Position numbers and translations under genes: made by a program
In this document: piece after piece, positions 49,371 through 61,022 of the stretch
Position numbering within the stretch: position 1 is the first letter of the stretch
Layout: each line of letters starts with the position of its first letter
Origin: Daphnia carinata
Taxonomy: Eukaryota
Assembly (NCBI RefSeq): GCF_022539665.2
Contig: NC_081331.1
Coordinates: 13,578,001 to 13,642,000 of the forward strand
DNA length: 64,000 bases
Direction: 5' to 3'
Notes under the pieces: generated by a model
What the model was told of the DNA's origin: nothing
Databases searched by the model: none
Seen by the model: the letters and a program-made list of their open reading frames with translations, nothing else

Positions 49371-50618
49371 ACAAGTGGATATTTTGTACAGTGTATGCAC
49401 AGCTGAGGTTGCCTGTTGGTGGGCAACAAGAAATTGATGTTATTCTCTGTCAGTTCTGTTCATCTGGTATTTAGCCATGATGTAGTATAGGTATTTCACA
49501 TGTATCAGCCATTAGGTTTTTGATGACAAGAAAAAAGCCCTCTCTGCCATGCAAAAGTAAATTGGTTATCGAGAGAAAATTCATGCACTCACATATGAAC
49601 TGTACGTTCGTGTACATTATTATTATTATACACACTATTATAATGTCATCAATCTATAGTTTCGTGTATATATTACGGTATTGCGATTGTATCATACAAG
49701 GTTCTTTGTGCCGTTGTAAATGCTGGTTGTGTACTTGTCTGTAAAAGTGTATAATCTACATCAGTTTATCACCTCAAACCATAACAAAGGTTTCTATCAC
49801 TAGTAAAGTTCTCCTACCCTTCATACCAGATCCCCCAAATTCAGCGAGTTATTGGCATATGGACAATATGAGTTTTTGCATAGTTTCCGTTTGATCTTCC
49901 TTTCAATTGTACCACCGTTAGTTTACAATTTCAAAACCAAAACAAGTTCCATCTTTTGCACATTTTTCAGCTCGTTTCCAAAATCAACAAAAAGAACAGA
50001 AAGAACAAACAGAAAGAACAAACAGACAAACGTGAAACGTGCATGTAAGCTCTGTTATAACCTATCTACCACGAGATATCATAAAAGGTTGACTTGTATA
50101 TTTAAGTGATACCTTTCTCAAATACACACACGTGAAGAGGTGCACGTATTCTGCTTACTCTGGGTATAAGGCAAGTCGAAAACTACGGAAGACTTATTTT
50201 TTTGGGCTTATTTTCTCGGGCTTAAAATTTCTATCACTCCTCTTTCCCAGTCACTAGAATTAGTTCAATCTCATAGAATATACTCAGAATGCATTGTTGA
50301 TTCGGGGAAACTTGTTCTTTTTTTCATTAAGTCAATCGTTTTCGAAATACAGCGAATATTTGACGACGATAGCGCGCCAGTACACTATGGCGCAAAAAGT
50401 GTCGCTAACAGCACTTTGTTTTCGTTTACTTTTTAAACGGCTGGTTTAAGGTGAAAACCAATAGCTGAATCGAAATCAGCGTTCAATTTTCATTATATTG
50501 TGGGAGTTTCGTCGAATTCCAAGACATGTCCTTTTTGGCCGATTTTGACAAAAGTGGGAAGGCTATAGCCTTCCCACTTTTTCATTTTTGGCCAAATTTC
50601 AAATTTGACTAAAAATAT

Positions 50619-51791
50619 ATGATTTCGAATCAAAATTAAATGCTGATAACAGAAATCAACTTTATTTTTTAATTGGCTTTATAGTTTTTAAATTAAACGT
50701 CAAAAACACAAAGCCGGGCTAATTTTGTCGGGCTTAAAATTTGTAACTGTAAAAACTGTCATTCATTAGAATTGGTTGAAAGTCACAGGATATAGTCAAA
50801 ATTTAATGCTAATTACTGTAAAATTGTAATTTTTTTCATTAAGTCGATCGTTTTTTGAATACCGACTATTTCTACTGTATAGCGCAAGCGCTATAGCGCA
50901 CTGGCCCGCTGTTATTTTTATCGGAATCTAAGAGTTTTCAATTTTGACAAAAGTGGGAAAAGCCTTCCACTTTTTCACAGCCTAAATTTATCGAAATCAA
51001 GATTCCCGAAATTGAACGAGAATCAGTCTGTTTGTTTTTACTTTTAAAATAAACGGAAAATTTGCTGGCGCGCCAGCATCGCGTTTGGCGCAAATATTTT
51101 TCCTTGCATCAGCATTTGTGTCGAATATTCGGTGTATTTAAAAAAAGATTAATTTGACGCAAAAACAAACCACTTTATTGAAATCACCGTTCAATTTTGC
51201 TTGTTCTGTGTTATTTTTATCGGAATCTAAGAGTTTTCATTTTTTGATTTTTTATAGATATAGATTTTGACAAAAGTTTTTGGGTAGTTATTGAATAAAT
51301 TGTCAAAAACAACAAACTCAAATATGTGCGCCACCAACATTTTGCTTCCGTTTATTTAAAAAACAGTTAGTTTGAGGAGAAAACAAACCACTTTATCGAA
51401 ATCAGTGTTTAATTTTGAATGTTCTGTGTGATTTTTATCGCATTCTAAGAGTTTTCATTTTTTCATTTTGTTTAAACTTTTTCACAAATTTAAAATTTCC
51501 ATGATTTCGATTCAGAATTAAATGCGGATAACGGAAATCAACTTTATTTTTTAATTGGCTTTATAGTTTTTAGATTAAACGTCAAAAACACAAAGCCGGG
51601 CTAATTTTGTCAGGCTTAAAATTTGTAACTGTAAAAACTGCCATTCATTAGAATTGGTTGAAAATCACAGGATATAGTCAAAATTTAATGCTGATTACTA
51701 TGAAATTGTAATTTTTTTCATTAAGTCGATCGTCTTTTGAATACCGAATATTTCTACTGTATAGCGCTAGCGATATAGCGCACTGGCCCGC
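50619..51791 (+). repeat. ~290-bp direct repeat pair (50619-50910 and 51501-51791)
   Basis: both copies run ATGATTTCGA...AAAGCCGGGCTAATTTTGTC...TATAGCGCACTGGCCCGCT with scattered substitutions; a diverged partial copy lies at ~50217-50395. Confidence 0.9.
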
Positions 51792-52406
51792 TAGCATTGT
51801 GTCGAATATTCGGTGTATTTAAAAAACGATTAAACGCATTTTAAAAACAAACGACAAAAATTGTTTTTACGAAATCTTATAGCTTTTCAATAAACGGAAA
51901 AAACGGGTGATAAGTGCTGGCGCGCCAGCAGCGCGTTGATTCCATTTATTACGAAAATGGCTGGTTTGACGGGAAAACAAATATTTTTCCTGAAATCAGC
52001 GTTTTATTTTAGGTTCATTTAAATCAAATTTAATGTCAAAATTATAAGATTGAATTTTTGCCATACTCAAAAATAAGCCCCACAAAATAAGCCCCACAAA
52101 ATAAGCCCGACGAAATAAGTCCGACTTTTTCGCCCAGTTAATTTTTTTCAGAAACATTTAGATGTAGCTATGAAAATGCATGATGTTCATTTTAAATTAA
52201 GTGAAAATCACTAACGTGCAGTCTTGTATTTTGATAGGGCTTGTAGTTGTTGAATAAATCGTAAAAAACAACAAACCCAAATACGGGCGCTACCAGCAGT
52301 TTGTTTCCGATTATTGAAAAATCAGTTCGTTTGACGAGAAAACGAGCCACTTTATTGAAATCTGCGGTTAATTTTGGTTATTCTGTATGATTTTTTGGGA
52401 TTCTAA
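51284..52406 (+). repeat. ~165-bp diverged direct repeat pair (51284-51448 and 52243-52406)
   Basis: GTAGTTRTTGAATAAAT...AAAAACAACAAAC...CCACTTTAT.GAAATC...ATTCTAA in both copies. Confidence 0.8.
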
Positions 52407-52697
52407 AAACACATGACTTTTTCATTTTTTCAAATCCGGACTTTGGCCAAAAACACATGATTCCTACTCAGAATTGAACGAGGATCACGAAAATCAATAT
52501 TGTTTTCATGTGAAGCTTGTATTTTTCGAGGTAGGACTTTGAAAAGAGAAAACGTTGTGTTCAATAAGGCCATTATTTTTTCAAAACAGCTGGGCTTCCG
52601 ATGATTCTCGTGTAATTCATAATAAATATCAAATCGAATTCGGAAATATGTAATAACAAAAAAAGTTAAAATAAAAACACACAAAAAAAAGTAGACA

Positions 52698-55600
52698 TTA
52701 CAATGAACAAGGGGTTTTGGAAGTACAAATCTTATTGGCAGACGGGTTATCCGTACGTCTAGTGATTACTCGAGCTTCTAGAGCGGAATAAACTTCATCC
52801 AAATTTTTCTCGGCCCAGCGAATGTTCGATCGAATGCCGTCTAAAATGTCTTCTATGACGGAGTGATCTAGTTTGTTGTCTTTGTTTTGCAATTCGGATA
52901 GCAACTGAGACATCTAAAAAGGGTAAGATTAAATACGTTGTTTTGATTGAGCCTTGGGTTCCGGAAAAGCCACTAAGAAGAATTATGTTGGTACCTCATT
53001 TAAGTCTTCCGTGTTGCTTAAATGTTTCGCTGCCGAGGCTAGAAGCTTCAAGGTATCCCCAGGTCTTTTAAAACTTTTTCCAAATAACAGAAAAATTCCA
53101 TGAAACATATTAGTTATCTGTTTTGTGCACCTGGCATAAGATTTTGTTCATACTGTCGTTCTAGGCTCTCCCAATTATTCTTGATGAAATTAAGCACCAT
53201 CGAACGAGCTGCCGGATTTTCAGCCATTTTTTCAATTGTTTTATACGTTTCATGTGGATTCTGATCGATCGTGGGAGAGAAAACGCGAGCTAGAAGTTGT
53301 TTCAGCTGGCTACGATGTGGAGTGCAAGTCATGGCAGACAATATTTTGGTCCGTTGGGAAGACGAAATATCGCGTAGACTTGCCCGCCAGGCCCATTCCC
53401 ACTCTTCTTTCCCAGCATGTCGCATTACTACGCACCAGTTGCGCTCCAGATTTTCAAACATCGCTCTTTTAGTGATATCGCGTTATGACAAGAGTTGGAT
53501 GGATTAGTAAAAATTTAATCGTACTTTTTTTCTCCTGGAGTAATTGTGCCAGCCATTTGAGCTTGGAAGAGACGTAAAACTTGATCTACGCATACACCGT
53601 CACTCCAGTTAGGGCAGTCGATTCCGTCCAAAGGATCGGACGCATCAAGTCGTACCAGATTATCGTATTCGTCCGATTCATCTTTATCCGTTTTCTCATA
53701 TTTAAATCTTCTTGTGTATTCCTGTAAAAAAATAGAAGTCGTATGAATTTAAACATGATTGCCTGACTCCATAACAAACCTCGAAGAGCTGATAGAGCGA
53801 CTCATTCTGTCTTGAACGTTCCTTCATCCATTGCAAGTGAAACTGGCTCGTAGAACGAACAAACTCGTCATTCACCAAAGACAAATACTCGATGAGGTCC
53901 AAAACTGTTTCGTACTCCACTAGTCCGGCTACGGCCAGCGTGAAAGCATCGTCGATCAGTTGAGCCCGAGAAACTTTCGGAATAGCAGTGTGATTCACCA
54001 TCAGCTGATTAGACAAGAGACGCCAATTGGATTTGTCGTATAAGACACGAATGTAACTTGATGATTGGCCGTTTATGAAAATCCAGCTATTTTCCGCATC
54101 CTCAGTTGACTGATGTCTCGATAAAGGTGGGAAATAGGGGATCTCCAACGTCGGACGGTCTGGTGTAAGCCAAAGTCTCGGGAAAGTTCCACTTTGACTA
54201 AAATCTGGCCGTTTAGCATCCGTCATGGCGAGGGGGATCCACCACAATGGGGTATCATGTGAAGAATAGTTATAAGACATGGGAAAGGGCTCCTGAGAAA
54301 GTCTGATCCGGCCACCGCCAGTCATGGAACAACGAACGATCGGATAGGATGGCTGTGCAGTCCACGAGTTCATTATCTTTGTTACGTTCATTGTCCGGCC
54401 AAATTCACGATCTTGGTGAAGTTCTTCATCCAAAATCTCCATAAAACGTTGACTGTTGACACTCTGAAATTGGCTAGGAAATGCAGTCCGGATGAGAATA
54501 ATGATAATATAAAAGAAAACTAAATTACAGTCAATACTGACAAACGTTCCATGTACGTAGCGACTGCATTCTTGAAAGTCTCCCGTCCAACAAAGTTGCG
54601 TAACATCAGCAATAAACCATTTCCTGGTCACGCAAGGAAAGATAACACTTTGCTACAGTTTACAATTTAGATGTTTCATAAATTCCTGCCATATAAATAC
54701 CTTTACTATAACTGATGGCATCAAACATTCTTTCGGCGTCGTCAGGAGTTTCCACCTGTCTGACAACGGTAAGAGGTTTCACGTGCTGTTCTTCATATTT
54801 CATCGCAGTCCGAATGGCTTTCAATTGCGAGGCTTCCTGACGAAATGTATCGTTTGGCATGGCCTGAATTCGACACAATAAAAAGTGTCAAACAAGAAAA
54901 TTAAAAGGAATTCTTTTTGTTAGTTTCGGCAATAAAAAGCCATGTTGATTACGCACATAATGGATTAGGTCGACTTCTAAAAAACTCGAGAACCCTTCGT
55001 TGAACCAAATGTCACTCCACCAATCACTCGTCACCAAGTTACCGAAGAACTGATGCCCCAATTCATGTGCCATAATTTGAGTACGATAGAAGCGATCATC
55101 TTCACTATCTGTTTCCTCATTATGGTAAAGCTTATCGTCACTAGTTAAAAAAAAAAGAAGAAATTAAGTTTCTCTCAAATGATTGCCTTCGAAATGTATA
55201 CCGGAATAAGATGAGACCCCAATTTTCCATGGCCTCAAAATGAAGGTTGATCGGAGCGGTTATGAAATCCAGTTTTGGTAACGAGAATGGTTGGTTCACG
55301 TATGTTTCCATATAGTGCAACATTTTAGGAGTGACCTCCATAATATGTTTGAAGTATGGAAGCTGTTCAGGGCGTCCCCAGTAGCGCAATTTTACAGTCC
55401 GCTCCCCGACCTGATAGACCTGTTCCAAATGCTGATAGTCGGTTACAAACATGGCCAGTAAATAGGTGGGCATCAACGGTGATCTGGAAAATCTGGTCCA
55501 CATCCAGTCCCGTGTGGTTCTCCTTGTAGCAAAATTTAAAACCAAAATTACTACAACCGCTTTACCGTTAGGGTAATGAATTGTAAACAAGGTATATGCA

Positions 55601-56420
55601 AATAAAGTGAGGCATTCTCGGTAATTTTGCGTAACATAGGACATACGATAAGCTGTGCAACTTACATAGGAACAGTGGCTATTTCAGGCATGTTGGCCAG
55701 AGCAGTCATGGCTTTGTTGTGACCAATAATAATATCAAACGTTGATTTGAAGCCAGGCTCGTCCAAACAAGGTAACACTTTGCGTGCTTCCGTCGCTTGC
55801 ATCTGCGTTCCACCAAACCAACTGAAACAAAATCAGAGTTAAACGTGCAATACGTGTAAACGGAATGCAAAATCAATATACCCTTCGTGGCAACAAGAAT
55901 TGTCATCTGTCTTATAGTTTATCCTGTAAAATCCTTTACTTTCATCTCTTACTTTGGCCATGTAAAGTAGACCGATACGGTATCTCAATCCTTTTTTCAA
56001 GCTTTGTTTGAGAATGATACTAAATTGTTGCCTTTCTGGATCTTCCTGAAAGCTCTGGAAGACACGAGAAACTGATACGAAAAGGCCGGAGAAACAAAGA
56101 TCCTCTAATTGAACGAATCGGTCTTCGGAAAAATTGCTTGTTGTTTCGTTGTTGACGCCTAGAACTTGTTCTACACTCACGTCGAGAATGGTAATATCGA
56201 CACCGTGTAACGTTACCACATTGGTGGAGGTTGTTGGCTCTATGTCGATGAAAACATGCCCGCACAATCGCGGACTGCCTCCGCTAATGATCGGCAGCAA
56301 AACCAGGTCATAATGATGAGGTCGCAGAGCCGAACCGATTCTTTGTCCATCGTTGAAGTTGACCAATAAAATTAGAACTAAGGTGAATAAAAAATGCATT
56401 CTCCCAGTTGGGTGTGCCAT
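52698..56420 (-). CDS. M1 family zinc aminopeptidase (aminopeptidase N-like), ~980 aa, N-terminal hydrophobic signal
   Basis: 11 exons in frame: 56420-55882, 55821-55666, 55522-55202, 55140-54957, 54863-54701, 54623-54542, 54473-53780, 53721-53525, 53465-53154, 53073-52995, 52913-52698. Motifs: ARKVLPCLDEP, MPTYLLA, PKLD, EAMENWGL, HELGHQFFGNLVT..WW..IWFNEG (HExxH-x18-E), FDAISYSKG, RAQLIDD. Confidence 0.95.
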
Positions 56421-58198
56421 GCTCCAATATCTACAGAAATTAGTTAGAGACCTAAGCTATTGGTTTAAAATTTAAATAGCTTATGTAAATAGCAAGGAGA
56501 CGTATTTTCCAGAGCACGCTGTTCAACGGCTCAGAGGTGACTGAAGAGACCCAGCTTTGATGGCACCAATATCAAATACGCACGAAATAAGAAATAAAAA
56601 ATAGAAGAGAAAAGCCTTGACCGGCGGTCTTCAAACCTGTTTTCCACCTAGAATTTGTACTCAACAAGTAAACGCATTAAGTAGTTGCGTACAAAATTTA
56701 AAAAAATGGAAATACAATTCGTGAATGCAAGTTAACTGTAGGCGATTTCACATCGTGCTATTTCCTATTTTCTACCTGTACTGAAGCGTACTCAATTTGC
56801 CCGTGCATGATGACTAACCTTGAACTAACACTTTGTTCTATGTAAACACTTTGTACTTGATAAAAAAAAAAGAGAGCAATATACCTCCATGGTTGCTGAA
56901 ATTTGTTTTTGGATGGGAACTTGGCCGCCACTTCAGGAGTTAGTCTGGATTAATAAAAAGAAGAAAATATAAACAAAGTAAAAATTGCTGAAAACCTGTT
57001 TTGAATGAGAGACATCGCCCAAAGTAATCGAAACTCAGGGAAGAAAAATGGAAAATAATTCCATGTACTTGACTCAACTGTTTCGTTGTACCCGGAAACC
57101 AGTAACAAAAATTATCCATTCGTGAAAGGCTGTCGAAATAGAGCATTCGTGATCGATGCATAAGAATGATACGCACACCAATAATTTGTTCTTCTGTTGG
57201 CACGTTTCTCCAAGAATGTCCTTTAACTGCTTTTCACTAAACGTTTTAATTTCCACAAACCAGCTGCTTATTTCGAATTCCTAATTACGTTTATCCATCA
57301 TAGTCAATAAGTAGTTCATTTTTTATGAAAAAAAAAGTAGTGAAGGATTCTATCTGATGCGTGTCAGCACGGCGTTACAATTGCTCAACATCTATTTTTT
57401 ATGGATCAATTTCGAACTGATATTCACAAACAAAAAATTAATGAAAACAGAATATATATACCTAGGGGGACGTAACGTAAAAGCATCCGTTTTGCTACGA
57501 TAAAGAGCTTTTTTCTAGTTTGCCAAAACGACTTATTTTCAAAATGATGCATCGTGCAGACATTTACCTTTTCTGCCGCAAGGATTGGGAACAATTTCAA
57601 CGCCCCATCCCCTCCCCCGCCCTCGCTTTTTTTTTTTTTACAGTTTAACCCTTGCTGCCATCTGCTAACAACTAGCCCGGAAGCATTCATCTCTCGATCC
57701 TGACGAGGTCTACTTGCCATCAGTCGTCTGTCAGCTTTGATTTGGCTTTCGGGTACAAGGTATCTCGAGATCGTCAAAAACCCTCAGTAACACCTGGTAC
57801 ATACCTCAACTACACCAACCACTGTTGGTAACGGTAATTTCTGGAAGGATTCCCGTTCGTCCAGATTCTCAGGTAAGCCCGAAGTAAGGTCAAACTCGTT
57901 GATTCGCTGATTAACGACCCAAAAGACATGCATAGCAAGGTACAACTAAATCCCAGCCCTGTAGAATTGCCAGCTATTAGCATATGTTAGTAAACTTCCA
58001 CTTTCCCACGAAATGTCATGTTTCATCTAGCTTAGCAAACCTTATGAATAAAGAGTATGTAGAAGTTAGAATAGTACTTTACCTATCTGTTTCTCGTTGT
58101 AAATCTCAGATCTGTCACTTTTAACATCCACGTTTGCACTCTGAACTTTCTAACGGCACATCGTCTTGTCTTACGTCAACACAGTCGTGAGGACAAGA

Positions 58199-59643
58199 AT
58201 GCAATCGAGATGTGCCATCCCTCCTCTGGTTCGAGCCGCCGTTGCCGAGTTTATTGGCACTTTTGTACTCGTTGTAAGTTTTGTTTCCTTATTACTTTTC
58301 GAAAAATAGATTATTAATTTAAAAAACGTACCATAGACTATTGGCAGCGGTAGTGTAGCTCAGTCGCAGTTGACCGACGGTGAAAAAGGCGACTACTTCA
58401 CCATCAACTGGGGATGGGCTATAGGATGTTCTTTAGGAATCCTCGTATCGGCTAAAGCATCAGGTGATGTGATGTCAATCTTTTCCCAATTACGATTGCA
58501 TACGTATGCTAAGTATAATCGCAACACACAACATAACAATTTCTGTTGATTCAATCAGGTGGCCACCTAAATCCGGCTGTGACAATGGCTCTTGCAGTGG
58601 GCAAAGATTTCCCCTGGAAACGGTTACCTGTGTATTGGTGTGCCCAATACTTGGGGGCTCTGGTCGCGTCGGGGACAGTCCTAGGAGTCTATTACGGTAA
58701 ATTAGTAAATTCTAATACGCCTTAGATAATACTGCTTGGATTAAACATGAGAATGGACGTTATTTTTGTTGTTTGTTTGTTTGCCACGTATTGCTTTCTA
58801 CAGAAGCCATAGCCATGTACAAGGTTGACGGCCAATTCCGAATAAACGCAAATGCTTCCGAGCCAGGTTCAGCCGCCATTTTTGCCAACTATCCAGCTGC
58901 ACATTCCTCGGTTATCACCGGCCTTATCGAAGAGGTAAAGCTAGATAAGTTAAAGAGTTAATGGCTGTAACGTTAATATTCATTTCAAATAGATTTTGTG
59001 TACCACGATATTCATGCTCGTCATTTGCGTCGTGACCAACCCGAAACATTTGAAAGTACCTAGTTACTTGCAGCCACTTTACATCGGCTTCACCTTGTTG
59101 GCAGTTGGCGTGGCTTATGGATCCAATGGAGGCTACGCCTTGAACCCGGTAGGTTTGCCCTGTAGGAACAGTTAATTAATTTTAAGCTTCAATTGATGTT
59201 TTGGAATAATGGCAGGCTCGAGATCTGGCTCCACGATTGGTTTCGTATCTTGGTGGATGGGGAAAACGAGTGTTTAGGTAACGTGATTTTTCATTTCACT
59301 CATATCTGCCTTGACGTCTTGGTGTTGACGTGAAGTCTTTGACAAAGCTTTTCTTTTTCGTACTGGTTTTAGCTTCCGTGGTTACAATTGGTTTTGGATT
59401 TTTCTTGTTGGACCACACGTGGGAGCTATTCTTGGAGTCGGCATATTTCATTTCCTCATCTTGGAAAAAGACCAGACTCCGGAAACAACGAACGAAATAA
59501 ATAGCTCACAAGCGCCAATCATCGAATACGAATATCAAATGGACAATGGGCTGGACAACAAGCAGAACTTCAATAAACTACTTGAGCGACGATTACCTTA
59601 TCGCAATGGTGAAAATGCTGGGAGCAACATCACACAAATTTGA
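58199..59643 (+). CDS. aquaglyceroporin (AQP3/7/9/10-like MIP channel), copy 1, ~319 aa
   Basis: 7 exons: 58199-58273, 58337-58463, 58559-58696, 58804-58934, 58993-59148, 59216-59277, 59373-59643. Motifs: AEFIGT, SGGHLNPAVT, GYALNPARD (Asp after NPAR is the glyceroporin signature), WFWIFLVGP. Confidence 0.95.
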
Positions 59644-61022
59644 AAAACGAGTTTTTACCTTGTTGCTTTTCGTAACCTCAATATTTTATAATAACTGATT
59701 CGCGTCGAACTATTCTTGTGATATGTCAAATTTTATCCGGTTTGAATTTTCTTTTACGATGTTGAATCGGCCCTGGAGCAAAATATTTTCATTTTATTAT
59801 TTATGAATATGTAACTCAAATTATTTCATTGCTAGTGGATATTGCCCGAATTCGTTCAACCAGTTTCTTGCCTTAAAGGTTACTATAATTTTCAAATAAA
59901 ATTATGTTTTGATGGGTAGCAAGAAAATACCTACAATTATCTGTTGTCTCTTATTGTGTAAACAATATTTCATTCGCACACGCAAAATTCCGCTAAATGG
60001 ATTTCTGGCACATCCATCACGACACGTAGCGGGTGGTTAACACGTTCGGCCAGCTATACCTGAGACTACATTATTTAGGTTAAATTGTCAGGTGCCTATA
60101 AAATAGGTCACGTCCTTCCCTACGTTGAAGCGAGGACTTGGGAACGATTAAGTCAGGCATGCGATGAATTCTAATTCGTTAATGGAGATAATTTAGCCAT
60201 ACATAAAGGGGAGACGGCTCTAGAGAAGATGACCTCCACCTTAGCACGATAAAGAACCACCTGATTTTTGCAATAAGGAGTTGGTAAACAAAAGGATAAG
60301 AATGAACAGCAAAGTATATACAGTTTACCTTGTTTTGGCTTAATCTTTCAGTATGGTCGGACCTCCTTTCCTGTACACCTTGACAGTGCAATTTATTACA
60401 CCGTTTCCTTATTCACGAGCAGCACTTTGTTTTAATTACCTTATCAACAAGCAACGACTAAAGAACATCATTAAGATTATGAAAAGACAAGCAAATACCT
60501 GATGGCAATTGGTGCAAATACGTGCTGCATCGCGAACAAGATGAATCACGATATAGACAATCAACCTTGTTTTGTAAGGAAAAATTTACAATTCGTCAAT
60601 TCTCAGACAAACTTACTACGAATGGAAAAACCTTTGAGCTGTCTAGTCATAACAATGTCAAACGATCTCGGCTGGTCACGCTGATGTGAAGGACTTACCG
60701 ACCGAGTATAGGTCAATAGGGATGAAAGGGCAGGTGTTAGCGATAGACATTCTGACGAGTGGTAACGTTCATTGACGAAGGTATTCAAGGACAGTCTAGG
60801 TTGGGCTTCGGCTTTTTAAGGAGAATCACTGACAAATATTTTTCAGATTTGCTTAGCACCTTTGAGCAGCCGGTTCTTCTGGCTTTTCTCCTCCACTTCC
60901 TCACCGGATTATTCTCTAGCACCACAAGTCCGTGAGTTTATTTCTTCGTTTCATTTTCTGTAATTTGTAGGCTATTCTCCATTTTTATTTTTTCCGTTTG
61001 TCTTGATAGATTTTCCAAGAAA

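Larger units (their letters stand above)
50160..52430. mobile_element. non-autonomous, internally repetitive element (MITE/foldback-like; family not determined)
   Basis: inverted arrays GGGCTTATTTT (~50191-50225) and AAAATAAGCCC (~52070-52120); internal direct repeats; several perfect palindromes; no ORF; no target-site duplication identified. Confidence 0.6.

Noticed and set aside
50160..52430. Possible CRISPR-like repeat-spacer array
   Set aside because: Repeats are long, irregular and degenerate with no constant repeat/unique spacer periodicity; eukaryotic context and no cas genes.
52701..52712. C-terminal PCSL as a CaaX prenylation signal
   Set aside because: Cys is third from the end, not fourth, and the protein enters the secretory pathway.
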